From a virus (Duplodnaviria; Caudoviricetes), in IMG/VR virus record IMGVR_UViG_3300032030_000007, positions 1 through 64,000 of that record: 64,000 bases of DNA; one strand, 5' to 3'. The notes under the pieces are model-generated. The model was given only the letters and a program-made list of their open reading frames with translations. It did not search any database and had not been told where the DNA came from. Positions 1-10,169 of this stretch are shown one piece after another. The position numbers were made by a program, and so were the translations under genes. Position 1 is the first letter of the stretch; each line of letters opens with the position of its first letter.

Positions 1-385
1 ATGAGAAGTCTCCCATTACTCCGTAATTGAAACTATCTAAAGTCTTATATACACCAAATACAGATATGATACGTTGTGGAAGTGTCAATACATTATTAGG
101 ACCGCATCTACAAAAATCAGAATTCTTAATGCAATAAAAACGTTCTTCTACCGCAAAATCGTAGTCTTCCCAAAACTTTTGTGCAGCCTGGTAAATCAAT
201 GGAGGTATTGCTGATGCTGGTAATGGTAATGGTAAAGCACATGACTGGGTTATTTCTTGAATGATTCTTTGTATAAACTGATAATCTATTTGATCTTCAA
301 GCTGTGCTTTCTGTTTTAAAAATTCTTCCATTCCAACAGTATTTGTAGCTGTTGTTCCATTTATTGTTTGAACACAATTTTCCAT
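1..385 (-). CDS. Partial (3'-truncated) virion neck/head-completion protein, T4 gp13-like
   Basis: Hand-translated ORF missing from the track: MENCVQTING...IIQEITQSCALPLPLPASAIPPLIYQAAQKFWEDYDFAVEERFY...; the pattern resembles the gp13 N-terminus; open to the window edge. Confidence 0.5.
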   Translation of the reverse strand, partial: MENCVQTINGTTATNTVGMEEFLKQKAQLEDQIDYQFIQRIIQEITQSCALPLPLPASAIPPLIYQAAQKFWEDYDFAVEERFYCIKNSDFCRCGPNNVLTLPQRIISVFGVYKTLDSFNYGVMGDFS

Positions 386-538
386 ATATACTATATATCC
401 TTGTATTTTATAAGTTAATTAAAAATAAAATTTTAGTATATTATAATGAAAATTCCTTATAATTTAAGTTAAGAACATGTTAAATATTTTTCATTTAGTA
501 ACTATTTTTTACAAAAATATATCTACCAATATATGTAA

Positions 539-3500
539 ATGGCAGAAATTTTTAATAGTGAGTTAGGTAATTATTTAAAAAAATTAAACAATCAATATAA
601 TAGTAAAGACAAATCATTAACAGATATTCTTAAATCATTTAGTCAGATATCAAACGAATTTAATGAATTAAACGAGGTGACTTCAAATGATTTAGGATCA
701 CAATATAGTTCTTATAATTATATTGAATGCTCAGATACAGAACAAGAGGATTTCTTTTCAGATCAATTACAGTTCATAGAAACACTTGTTGTAAATACAA
801 TTTACGAAAAGACAGGTATAATATGGAACTGGGGTGATATTTATAATTTAATGAAAGATCCATCTTATAGGAATACTGAAAAAATTCAAAGAAAAGTTGT
901 TTATTCAACTTCATCAAATCAGCGTCCTATAGGAGATATGTCTTATAATATTTGGAATGGACTTCAGATTATAGATATTGATATTAAGGATGAAGCTCTT
1001 GCTCGAAATATTAAGCAGATACTTTTTGATGAATTAAAACAATATCATTGGTTTTTAGGATGCTGTATATCTGCATCAGGAAAATCTTGTCACGTTTGGA
1101 CAAAGATTACACCAATATCAATTGATACGAATAGTAGGCGTATTGAATATATATGTAATTTTAGACATAAGTATTCATATATATACATTGTGCTTATGAA
1201 ATATGCAAAGAAATTTGGATATGAAAAGGAAGATATATTAAAATACATGGATATGGCTATGTGTAAGCCTCAACAAGGTATTTTCATATCTTCAGATAAT
1301 AATGCATTATTAAGTACAAATTTTAGGGATTTAAGATTGGATGTTAATTTTGAATCAGCATTTCATAGTGGAGTAACAAGTATTGATTGGATATCGCATC
1401 CTGACCTTAAAGATATATTTCATAAGTTAGAATGGTTTAATACCGAAACAACTGAAGAAGAAAAAGTAGACATATCTAATATCTCAGGTATTAATGATAG
1501 AGATCTTTCAAAGGAAAAGGGAAAGAAACACTATAAGCACGCACAACGTTGGCAACTTGCTAATACGTTGACATCTATTTATGGATATGATAAAGCTTTA
1601 CAAATAATGATTGAAATTTGTGAAGGAACATCAAGACGTGAGTTGGCTGGAGACGTTAAGACTGCTTCAATTCATAATAAGCCAATATCTATTTGGGCTA
1701 TTAAAGAATTAAATAAATATCATGGATTTAAATTATCTGTTAAAGCAGAAAATGTATATTCAAATGAATTACAAAATTTAGAAAAAGAAATACAAAATGA
1801 AGATAATGCAGCATTAGATCCAACTAAAATATTAAATGATCATTCATCACAAGTAAGATTAACTATAAAGAATAATCAATATCTTTCCGATATTAAAGAA
1901 GATATAATAGCTAATCTTTCTCATATAACTTTGCTTGAAGCTGGTGCAGGATATGGAAAGACTGAAATGATTAAAAGTCTTAAATCAAAAACATTATTGA
2001 TATTGCCGTTTACATCAACAATTAAAGCAAAAGTTGAAGCTGATGAAAAGACATCTGATTGGTTATATTTTTATGGAAATAAAAGACCAAACTTGGATGA
2101 AATTCTTGGAGATAGAAATATGTCAATGACTATTGATAAATTTTCAAGATTAAATGTTTATGAATTAGACCAGGCAGGATTTGAATATATTGTTATTGAC
2201 GAATCACATTTATTATTCACAAGTTCATATAGGGATGTTATGTCACCAACTATTCAGAGATTGGCAAACTGTAAAGCTAAAATCATTATGATGACAGGAA
2301 CACCAACTGGAGAAATGTTATTCTTTCCAAACATTAAGCATATTAAAGTAATTAAAGAAGATTTTCGTAACAAGGAATTTGAAATAGATATGGTTCCAAC
2401 AAATACTGAAAAGCTTATTGAAATGTGTAAGTCAATGGCACATGACATTATAGATGGAAAGAAAATATTGTTTCCAACAAATAAAGGAAATCTTTATTTT
2501 GAACAGGTTACAGGACTTATTCAACAATATCTTAATGAATTCAGAAGTGGAAAAGAATTAAAAGCGTTCTATTATAAAAAATCAAATTACGGAGAAGAAA
2601 CTATGGATACTATCAATATTGATAAATCTATAGGAACAAATGATATTATATTCTGTACAACATATCTTTCTGTAGGTGTTGATATTTGTGATAGATACAG
2701 ATTTTCTGTTTATTTTAATGAAACATGGATAGCTCAGGATATAGAACAGTTTGCGAATCGTCTTCGTAATAATGACTTATATATTAAATTGTTTTTGGAA
2801 AAGGAAGATTCTTCAGGAATTCCAATTAACTATTATTATACACAACCATTGGATTTAAGTTTTTCTGAAAAGGATTTAATGTTTGCACGAGATTTGATTC
2901 ATACATGTAATGATATGCTTGAACGTAATAATGAAGAATCAAAATATAACCCATTGATTCAATCTTTATTGTCTGCAAATAGATATCTTAAATATGATGA
3001 AAATGATTGTAAATATTATATAGATGAAACAACATATAAGCTTAAAGTATTTGAAGAACGATATACTGAGTATTCAAAACAATTAGAAGTTCTTACAAAT
3101 GGAATGAAATATTATGGGTATGAAGTTATTGTTAAAGATCATAAAGATAGAATAGATGAAGCAAAACAGGAGGATGTAGAAGAATTCTTAAAGTTATGTC
3201 GTCATAATAGATATAATTATAATACAGCAGAAACATTTAAGTTTCTTAATCATCTTAATGATGGAAATATAGATACATATAAAGAACTTCTTAAAGGATC
3301 ATATGAAATATTTAAGGATGATTCATATAAGATTGAAAGAGAAGAGAACAATATATATGCATCAGATATTGAAATTCTTGAAAAGAACATACCAATTGTA
3401 ATAGGACTTTATAAATTTTATGATTGTGAAACTATAAAAGACATATTTGAATATTGTATTGATAAGAAACAGAATAGAATCAATTACACAAAATTAAATC

Positions 3501-4180
3501 GTATTCGTAGATTTGTACAGATAGAATATAATCGTAAAAGAAAAAGATTGGATTTTCCTGTATTGAAATTCGTTAAAGATTCACAAAATTGGGCACGTGC
3601 TCATAGTTCAACAAATGAAAATGAAATAAATAAATATCTTGCTGATTATGCAGTAGGATATGCAAATTCAATTCCAAATCTTATTGTGGAAGATAAGGAA
3701 TATCTTGAAACAGTATTTGAGTTGAGTAAAGATCTTTGGAAGATAATCATATTACAGTCACGTCCTAAGAATGGCAACGTTGGAATTGTCCCATTTGAAT
3801 TATTGTGGACAAAGAAAACAGATCTTAATGACATATATGGAGGATCACAAGAAACACAAGCATTCTTTATTGAGGAATTAGTTGATGATATGAAAGAAGT
3901 TGATGAAACTGAAGATATTGATGTTGAATTTGAAATTAAAGAAAAGAGGCGTCTTGAAGATGTCAAATCTGAACTTCCAAATGTTATACATAAGCCTTAT
4001 GGATATTATGAGTATTCAGAATTAGATGAATCTAATAATAGATTCATGAGAAAACAAGAAAATACTAATATGCTTAAGGATAACATATTCACACAGACAA
4101 ATGAAGAATCAAATAAGAAAGAGGAAAAGAATTTACAAAACGATTTATTTGAATCTACTGATGGGGAAGTACCATTTTAA
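539..4180 (+). CDS. Primase (VirE_N/BT4734-like AEP) - superfamily 2 helicase fusion
   Basis: N-terminal IIDIDIK and SASGKSCHVW (AEP-like motifs); Walker A AGAGYGKT, DESH, MTGT, LSVGVDI, QFANRLR (SF2 motifs). Confidence 0.75.
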   Translation: MAEIFNSELGNYLKKLNNQYNSKDKSLTDILKSFSQISNEFNELNEVTSNDLGSQYSSYNYIECSDTEQEDFFSDQLQFIETLVVNTIYEKTGIIWNWGDIYNLMKDPSYRNTEKIQRKVVYSTSSNQRPIGDMSYNIWNGLQIIDIDIKDEALARNIKQILFDELKQYHWFLGCCISASGKSCHVWTKITPISIDTNSRRIEYICNFRHKYSYIYIVLMKYAKKFGYEKEDILKYMDMAMCKPQQGIFISSDNNALLSTNFRDLRLDVNFESAFHSGVTSIDWISHPDLKDIFHKLEWFNTETTEEEKVDISNISGINDRDLSKEKGKKHYKHAQRWQLANTLTSIYGYDKALQIMIEICEGTSRRELAGDVKTASIHNKPISIWAIKELNKYHGFKLSVKAENVYSNELQNLEKEIQNEDNAALDPTKILNDHSSQVRLTIKNNQYLSDIKEDIIANLSHITLLEAGAGYGKTEMIKSLKSKTLLILPFTSTIKAKVEADEKTSDWLYFYGNKRPNLDEILGDRNMSMTIDKFSRLNVYELDQAGFEYIVIDESHLLFTSSYRDVMSPTIQRLANCKAKIIMMTGTPTGEMLFFPNIKHIKVIKEDFRNKEFEIDMVPTNTEKLIEMCKSMAHDIIDGKKILFPTNKGNLYFEQVTGLIQQYLNEFRSGKELKAFYYKKSNYGEETMDTINIDKSIGTNDIIFCTTYLSVGVDICDRYRFSVYFNETWIAQDIEQFANRLRNNDLYIKLFLEKEDSSGIPINYYYTQPLDLSFSEKDLMFARDLIHTCNDMLERNNEESKYNPLIQSLLSANRYLKYDENDCKYYIDETTYKLKVFEERYTEYSKQLEVLTNGMKYYGYEVIVKDHKDRIDEAKQEDVEEFLKLCRHNRYNYNTAETFKFLNHLNDGNIDTYKELLKGSYEIFKDDSYKIEREENNIYASDIEILEKNIPIVIGLYKFYDCETIKDIFEYCIDKKQNRINYTKLNRIRRFVQIEYNRKRKRLDFPVLKFVKDSQNWARAHSSTNENEINKYLADYAVGYANSIPNLIVEDKEYLETVFELSKDLWKIIILQSRPKNGNVGIVPFELLWTKKTDLNDIYGGSQETQAFFIEELVDDMKEVDETEDIDVEFEIKEKRRLEDVKSELPNVIHKPYGYYEYSELDESNNRFMRKQENTNMLKDNIFTQTNEESNKKEEKNLQNDLFESTDGEVPF

Positions 4181-4195
4181 TATATTATATTAGCT

Positions 4196-4732
4196 ATGGA
4201 AAATAATGATGATTGGTTATTTGGTTTAGCATTAAGTTTATATTTACAAGATAAAATGGAAATATTTAAAGAAGATAACGAAAAGATTGAAAGTAAAGGT
4301 GTTTTATTTAAAGATTTTGTTAGACAGCATTTAAAAAAGGAAAACGAGTTAGAAAATGAAATTAAGCAATTAAAGTCAAGAATAAAATCAACATCAACAC
4401 CAATGTATAATCGTATGTATGAATTATTCGTACAGATGAGGAATTATATACATATAAGTGTAGATGCAGATGGATATAAGTTATCTATCGATAATTTTCC
4501 AATGTCTAATGATGACGCCAATTTTATTGAAAGACAAATAATGAGTGCAGATTATAATACTCATAATAAATTAGAATTAGGATCATTAAAGGATGCAGGC
4601 ATTTATTATGTTGATTCAGATAATAATAAGATATTTAACAAAAATAAATTATTTTCAACATCACAAAAATATGAATATTTTGATGTAAATGATTCAATTA
4701 AATTAAATTTGAAATCTATATTTGATTATTAA
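4196..4732 (+). CDS. Hypothetical protein (coiled-coil motif shared with next gene)
   Basis: ORF; KDFVRQHLKKENELENEIKQL. Confidence 0.7.
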   Translation: MENNDDWLFGLALSLYLQDKMEIFKEDNEKIESKGVLFKDFVRQHLKKENELENEIKQLKSRIKSTSTPMYNRMYELFVQMRNYIHISVDADGYKLSIDNFPMSNDDANFIERQIMSADYNTHNKLELGSLKDAGIYYVDSDNNKIFNKNKLFSTSQKYEYFDVNDSIKLNLKSIFDY

Positions 4733-4734
4733 AT

Positions 4735-5088
4735 ATGGAAGATACTGGAATATTAATAAAAGACATTATTAAAAGCCATATTCAAAAGGAAAATGAATTA
4801 GAAAAAAGAATTAAAGAACTTGAAACAGAATTGGAAAAAGCAAGAAATGAAAGTGATAATTCTGATTATTTTCTATATAAAGATATTCTTAATTATATTG
4901 TTCCTTATCTTAGATTTGAATATGAAATGAATAATGAAGGCATTGGAGGATATAACGTTTCAACTTCTCCTATATATACAGATGCAGGGTATTCAATATC
5001 TTTAGATCATGTTAAGATGCCATTAAACTTAATAAATGAATTATTAAAGGAAGTAGAAAAATATAAACAAAAATATAACATAGAATAA
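4735..5088 (+). CDS. Hypothetical protein (paralogous motif with previous gene)
   Basis: ORF; KDIIKSHIQKENELEKRIKEL. Confidence 0.7.
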   Translation: MEDTGILIKDIIKSHIQKENELEKRIKELETELEKARNESDNSDYFLYKDILNYIVPYLRFEYEMNNEGIGGYNVSTSPIYTDAGYSISLDHVKMPLNLINELLKEVEKYKQKYNIE

Positions 5089-5089
5089 T

Positions 5090-5800
5090 ATGAGTACATT
5101 ATATATATTTTATAAGAAAGATAAATTTAATGAAAGAGTTATTATATATGCAAATTCTTATTTAGAAGCAAAGGAAGCATTATTTGCATTAAATAATTAT
5201 GCAGACTTAGTATATGATATTAATGAATACAGATATCAACACGTGGATACTGTTGCATTATATAATGAATTGAAATTAAATGATACTTATGAAGGATATC
5301 CTTATATCTTAACAGAAGAAAATTATAAGAATTTAGAAAAATCTATTGAAGATAAGACATTTTCTAATATGCATAATACACATGTATTAACAAAAGGAAT
5401 GGCAGATCGTATGGGTATTGATGATAAAAAATGTAATTCATTATATACATTAGATGAATTCAAACGTTCTATGCAACAAATGGCAGAAAGTAAAGAAAAA
5501 CAAAGAAATGAAATAGATAGTATGATTGATCATATTGGAGAAGTATGGTATACAGTAATTAAGACACCATTATTGTTAGGACCTGAAAATTATATATATG
5601 GACGATCACGTAAAGAAGTATTGGATACATTTAATGAATATAATAAAGATATTAATCATGAAGGATTATATAAAGGAGTTTATTTGTTAATATCTTCATA
5701 TCCTAATTATAATATTGATGATCTTGCACGATATGATAAATTTGTAACTTATATTAAAGAACATAATATTAAAAAATTACCTTTTATAACTAATTATTAA
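5090..5800 (+). CDS. Hypothetical protein
   Basis: ORF tightly coupled to the upstream gene. Confidence 0.7.
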   Translation: MSTLYIFYKKDKFNERVIIYANSYLEAKEALFALNNYADLVYDINEYRYQHVDTVALYNELKLNDTYEGYPYILTEENYKNLEKSIEDKTFSNMHNTHVLTKGMADRMGIDDKKCNSLYTLDEFKRSMQQMAESKEKQRNEIDSMIDHIGEVWYTVIKTPLLLGPENYIYGRSRKEVLDTFNEYNKDINHEGLYKGVYLLISSYPNYNIDDLARYDKFVTYIKEHNIKKLPFITNY

Positions 5801-5814
5801 AAATTTTATTTTTT

Positions 5815-5846
5815 AGAAGTACTTTTATTAAGTACTTCTTTTTTTT
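5815..5846. terminator. Intrinsic terminator at convergence of + and - operons
   Basis: AGAAGTACTT-ttatt-AAGTACTTCT followed by a T-run. Confidence 0.7.
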
Positions 5847-5864
5847 ATTCAAAAAAGGGAATCA

Positions 5865-6356
5865 TTAATGATTCCCTTTTTTTATTTTATTTGTTACAAT
5901 CAAATTCAAGACATATTCAATACCGTCTGCTAATGCATGAATTTTTGAAGTTTTAGCAGTTATACTTTTAATAGGTTTCCAATGTGTATCCATAAGATAA
6001 TATGCTTCGAATAACCACATAATTCCATCTTCACACCAATATGGTTTAGCATCAATAAATATGTTATAGTTTTCCAAAATCCAATCTGTAACTTTATAGA
6101 TTTCTGGACATGAACAGTTTTTAGAATACTTTAATTTAGAATTAGTATTATACATTCGCTGTACTAATTCTTTATATGTTATTAAATTTGATTTTCCTTC
6201 ATCTTTCAATTCGCATTCTTCATCAAAAGAAATTGGTTCACCATTATAATGAGGGTACCATTCAAAATATAAATCACAAGCTACGTCAAAACCAATTTTC
6301 TTTAGTTTTAATGCAGAAGGATAATCAACGAAATATGTTTCAATTTTATTATTCAT
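5865..6356 (-). CDS. Hypothetical phage protein
   Basis: ORF; likely start MNNKIET. Confidence 0.7.
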   Translation of the reverse strand: MNNKIETYFVDYPSALKLKKIGFDVACDLYFEWYPHYNGEPISFDEECELKDEGKSNLITYKELVQRMYNTNSKLKYSKNCSCPEIYKVTDWILENYNIFIDAKPYWCEDGIMWLFEAYYLMDTHWKPIKSITAKTSKIHALADGIEYVLNLIVTNKIKKGNH

Positions 6357-6657
6357 CAATAAATGCAATTTTTATTTTTCTAACGTTACCTTGTACATTT
6401 TTCATTACCAAACTAACTTGTTTTTCTGAATCCCACCCATAGCAATGTGAACTATAGCCACGATCATAACAATATTTTACATATTCAGACATTCTTAATG
6501 ATTCTTTTTCAGCTCTTTGAATTGTATCATAAATTTTTGCTTTATAAGGATCATTAGTCCATTCGATATTCCACGGTTTTGGGCCTATCTTCTTTAAATA
6601 CATTGGAATATTCCAATATTCTTTATGAATACATTCAATAATAAATTTTGGTTCCAT
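6349..6657 (-). CDS. Hypothetical protein
   Basis: ORF in tight operon. Confidence 0.65.
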   Translation of the reverse strand: MEPKFIIECIHKEYWNIPMYLKKIGPKPWNIEWTNDPYKAKIYDTIQRAEKESLRMSEYVKYCYDRGYSSHCYGWDSEKQVSLVMKNVQGNVRKIKIAFIDE

Positions 6658-6659
6658 AT

Positions 6660-6944
6660 TTAATCTTTAATATATCCGTAATAGAATTTACAACCCTTAT
6701 ATGATTTCTGACGAATCCAATTAATAGTCTCAATACCATTGAACTTTGTAAAAAGATAATTTTGAATAGACATATCTTTAATTCTAACAGTAAGAATTTC
6801 AATATCATTATCTGGAGACCAAGATACCTGTGTAATAGTCTTACCATTTGAAATAACAAGTTTTTCTCCAGTTTCAGATAATACCTTGATTACTTCTTCA
6901 TCTGTTAATGGTTTTGAACCGTAAATGTCTGCTATAATTTTCAT
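6660..6944 (-). CDS. Hypothetical protein
   Basis: ORF in tight operon. Confidence 0.65.
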   Translation of the reverse strand: MKIIADIYGSKPLTDEEVIKVLSETGEKLVISNGKTITQVSWSPDNDIEILTVRIKDMSIQNYLFTKFNGIETINWIRQKSYKGCKFYYGYIKD

Positions 6945-6985
6945 ATTACTTGTTTTTAATAGTTTTTAAATAATAGTGAGATTTA

Positions 6986-7609
6986 TTAGTCTCCCCAGTA
7001 AGTACATCCCTCATAGAACTTACGAACAGATTCAGTCAGATTCTCAGCATCCTTCTGCATCTGAGCAGCAGTCTCAGTATCAGTAATCAGTTCAATATGT
7101 GGACGGAATGCTGTACGATATGAATTATTATCGGCCTTATAAGTAAACTTCCAACCAGTTGCCTTTTTAAAATACTTATTATTCTTAACTGACTCGAAGC
7201 AACGGAGGAGTTTAATTGGAGTTAGCTCCTTATAAGAAATAGAACAATCACCTGAGATACCCATTTCTCCAGGATTTACATCAAAATCGAAGAACGAGAG
7301 ATCATAATAGAAATCACTCATCTTATAATTCTTGCGGGCTTTCTCAACCTCAGACTCAACATAAGCAGTACGCTTCTTCTCAGTCTTCCATTTCTTTTCA
7401 GCAAAATTAATAGCACGTTTACGGGCCCATTCCATGTGATTAAAGAAATTGCTAACTTTGACAGCTTCCCACTCAGGAATATAAAGGTCATTATATTTCT
7501 CCTCAGCCTCGAGAAAATCAGAAAACATAGCAGCAATAAATTCATCTGCAGTAATAGTTGAACAATTAATGTTACGAGAAACAAGGGTGATTGTACGATA
7601 ATCGTTCAT
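6986..7609 (-). CDS. Hypothetical protein, probably early and highly expressed
   Basis: ORF directly after the conserved promoter; higher-GC codon usage. Confidence 0.75.
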   Translation of the reverse strand: MNDYRTITLVSRNINCSTITADEFIAAMFSDFLEAEEKYNDLYIPEWEAVKVSNFFNHMEWARKRAINFAEKKWKTEKKRTAYVESEVEKARKNYKMSDFYYDLSFFDFDVNPGEMGISGDCSISYKELTPIKLLRCFESVKNNKYFKKATGWKFTYKADNNSYRTAFRPHIELITDTETAAQMQKDAENLTESVRKFYEGCTYWGD

Positions 7610-7648
7610 ATTTTTGAGTTTTAATTGTTACTAATTTTTTATATTTAT

Positions 7649-7676
7649 AATATAGAAAAAATTATATATTATTCAA
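7649..7676 (-). promoter_or_regulatory. Conserved phage promoter TTGAAT-N16-TATATT (one of about 13 copies)
   Basis: Same motif at 10520, 19385, 21374, 25696, 26456, 29659, 40057, 49116, 50576, 55435, 58189 and 59939. Confidence 0.75.
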
Positions 7677-7733
7677 AATTTCACAAGGAAATTTATGAAC
7701 TTGTTATATTCAAATTTCTAGAAAATAATTCAA

Positions 7734-7767
7734 ATAAAAAATCCACCTACTTTCACAAGCAAGTGGA
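7734..7767 (-). terminator. Intrinsic terminator, identical copy at 8581-8614
   Basis: TCCACTTGCTT-GTGA-AAGTAGGTGGA-TTTTTT. Confidence 0.75.
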
Positions 7768-7814
7768 ATCGTAAAAACTAATAAAAAAAAATTAAAAAAA
7801 ATTATGGTCATAAA

Positions 7815-8489
7815 TTATGGCCACTCGCCTAATGGCATTTTAAATCCTTTTTCTTCTGGGAATGCAGGATTAGAATTTTTGCATTCTCCAGTAACTGCAT
7901 CTACCCAAATTTGTTCTTTAATATTACCAAAGATCCATTGTGTATTAATTTCAATAGGACCAATTGGATTTCTTAAAGTAACGTGCTTTGAGTGTGGCTT
8001 TGGGAAATTAACTTGTTGTATTTTATCCCAAGCTTCTGCATACTTAAGTTTAATTGCTTTATCTTCTAAAGGCCAATTTTCAACCCAGAATCCAGCAACA
8101 GAGTCTGTAAGTACTGTACCATCATTAAAGTGTTGGAACTTATATACATAAGTATCAAAACCGTTTCCTCTTTCAATAACCTTTTGGAAAATATTAACAA
8201 CCATTACAGGATCACTAGTTGCATTTTCTGCATCCATAAATTCAGGAAGAAGAATTTCAGTTTCGAACCAACGATAATCGCCACCTGATTTAACATACAT
8301 TGATTGACGATCCAAAGAAATTGTATTTTCAACATTAATTACAGCATTTGTAACTACTGAATCTGCAGCAACCTCTATTGAATCTGTCTGTGGTTGAGGC
8401 TCTGTTGCTTTACCACAACCGTTGCATGAACTAAATCCAAGCATTAAGCTGAATAAAACAATCATAATAAATAATTTGAATTTCTTCAT
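7815..8489 (-). CDS. Lipoprotein
   Basis: Signal peptide with lipobox-like LGFSSC. Confidence 0.7.
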   Translation of the reverse strand: MKKFKLFIMIVLFSLMLGFSSCNGCGKATEPQPQTDSIEVAADSVVTNAVINVENTISLDRQSMYVKSGGDYRWFETEILLPEFMDAENATSDPVMVVNIFQKVIERGNGFDTYVYKFQHFNDGTVLTDSVAGFWVENWPLEDKAIKLKYAEAWDKIQQVNFPKPHSKHVTLRNPIGPIEINTQWIFGNIKEQIWVDAVTGECKNSNPAFPEEKGFKMPLGEWP

Positions 8490-8580
8490 AAATTACTAAT
8501 AAAATATTTTTATTGTCAACATTAATAAAACATTGATTATATTAAAATAGTAATTTATTTTTACAATAACAAAAAATTTA

Positions 8581-8614
8581 ATAAAAAATCCACCTACTTT
8601 CACAAGCAAGTGGA
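8581..8614 (-). terminator. Intrinsic terminator (copy of 7734-7767)
   Basis: Identical 34-bp hairpin plus U-tract downstream of the RNA ligase. Confidence 0.75.
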
Positions 8615-8681
8615 TTCAGAGGGAATATATTTTCGTCCAGGTCTCATCAGAGAATAATTTTATAGTCTCCCTGGCTGACTT

Positions 8682-9515
8682 TTATTTTTCATAATTTTTG
8701 TTCTTTTCTTGTTCTACAGGCCCATCAGTACCATAAACTGCACGATACTTTTGGAAATCCTCATACTTGACTTTTACAATCAAACGTTTGCCCATACGGT
8801 TACGAAGGCCCAAGTCAGTACGAAGTACAAGACCTTCCTCAATGAAATCCTTATTATCCCAAAGACTAGTCTTAAATCCCTTACGAACAAAATCAATTGC
8901 CTCATCAAGAGTAAAGTAACCCATCAATGGAACAATAGGAGCACCAAGCTTTGTTGCGATCTCATCACGAGCATCAGTCTTAAGATAGATATCATTTACC
9001 TTAACATCAAATACAATAAATCCTACACCATTTTTAATATAGTTACCACCAGCCTTCTGAATACCTGCTCCATAGCCCTCACCATAGATAGTATAGATAT
9101 TAGGAATTTGGTCATACTCTAACCAGTTGTGGTCTGTTTCCCACTCTTCAACGGGAATAAAATCCTTAAGTCCAAGAGAAGCCAATACTTTCTCCTTAGG
9201 ATAATTCTCTTCCATGAATTTAAGCAACTTTGGTGGAATCTGTGCATTATCAGTCTTACCTGCATAACGTACATTAAACTTTACACCTGCAACTTCAGGC
9301 ACAACACTTGTTTCTGAAGGAACAATTTCCTTAGTAACTTCAATACGCATATTAGTTCCATCAATTTTGCATTCGCCACGCCACTTAAGACCACGTAAGT
9401 ATTCAAATTCTGGCTCAACAAATGGCTCATACGGCATAATTACATTCTTTGCATCACGCATGAAGATTGTGTTAATCTTCTGATAAGTGTTCTCACTTCT
9501 TTTTTGCTTTCCCAT
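8682..9515 (-). CDS. ATP-dependent RNA ligase, Rnl2 family
   Basis: Motif I KIDGTN, YGEGYG, FIVFDV, EGLVLR, IVKVK. Confidence 0.85.
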   Translation of the reverse strand: MGKQKRSENTYQKINTIFMRDAKNVIMPYEPFVEPEFEYLRGLKWRGECKIDGTNMRIEVTKEIVPSETSVVPEVAGVKFNVRYAGKTDNAQIPPKLLKFMEENYPKEKVLASLGLKDFIPVEEWETDHNWLEYDQIPNIYTIYGEGYGAGIQKAGGNYIKNGVGFIVFDVKVNDIYLKTDARDEIATKLGAPIVPLMGYFTLDEAIDFVRKGFKTSLWDNKDFIEEGLVLRTDLGLRNRMGKRLIVKVKYEDFQKYRAVYGTDGPVEQEKNKNYEK

Positions 9516-9589
9516 AATTGTTTGTTTTAATGAAATTTTAACAATTCCATATTGTTAATAAATGTTTTTATTTACTGAATTTTTATTGC

Positions 9590-9615
9590 GGTTCCATAGC
9601 TCAGTGAATAGAACA
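9590..9615 (+). pseudogene. Isolated tRNA 5' fragment (acceptor 5' strand plus D arm)
   Basis: GGTTCCA-TA-GCTC-AGTGAATA-GAAC-A; no anticodon or T arm follows. Confidence 0.55.
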
Positions 9616-9769
9616 TTTATTTATTCATCTATTATTTCAAATTCTTCTTCAAATTCACCAGAATCAATATCTAATCGATAATCATTATTTTCATTCCAAA
9701 CGTGAATACTACCTAAATTAATTTCACAATTTAAAATTTCTCCATTATTGTTTTTAACAGTCATATTAA

Positions 9770-10168
9770 TTAATTTTTAGAATGTTCAACCTTATTAATA
9801 ATTTCTTCAAGATATTCGTCAGGGTTCTTACCATCTTTATGATATTTAACACCAAGATCTATAGCTTCACGCCATTTGTCAGATCCGTTATCTAAAGTAT
9901 CTATATATTCCCATAATGTTTTTGGTTTTGATGGTTTCTTTGACATGAAATCTTCTATATTAATATCAATCCAATCATCAGCAATCAGATCTTCAGCAGA
10001 TAATCTTATATCATTATCCAATGTTTCTGGTGATTTTCTAATTTCATACTTTACAAGACGAATTAATAATGTTGTATGTCTTAATTGAATAAATACATTA
10101 TTTTCCCAGCTTTCACGTCTGATAAAAATATGATTCTTAAACTGTTCAAATATTTCTGGAAATGTCAT
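9770..10168 (-). CDS. DUF2829/Tad2-like (anti-Thoeris sponge family) domain protein
   Basis: MTFPEIFEQFK...IRRESW...LSAEDLIADDW matches the DUF2829 pattern. Confidence 0.55.
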   Translation of the reverse strand: MTFPEIFEQFKNHIFIRRESWENNVFIQLRHTTLLIRLVKYEIRKSPETLDNDIRLSAEDLIADDWIDINIEDFMSKKPSKPKTLWEYIDTLDNGSDKWREAIDLGVKYHKDGKNPDEYLEEIINKVEHSKN

Positions 10169-10169
10169 A

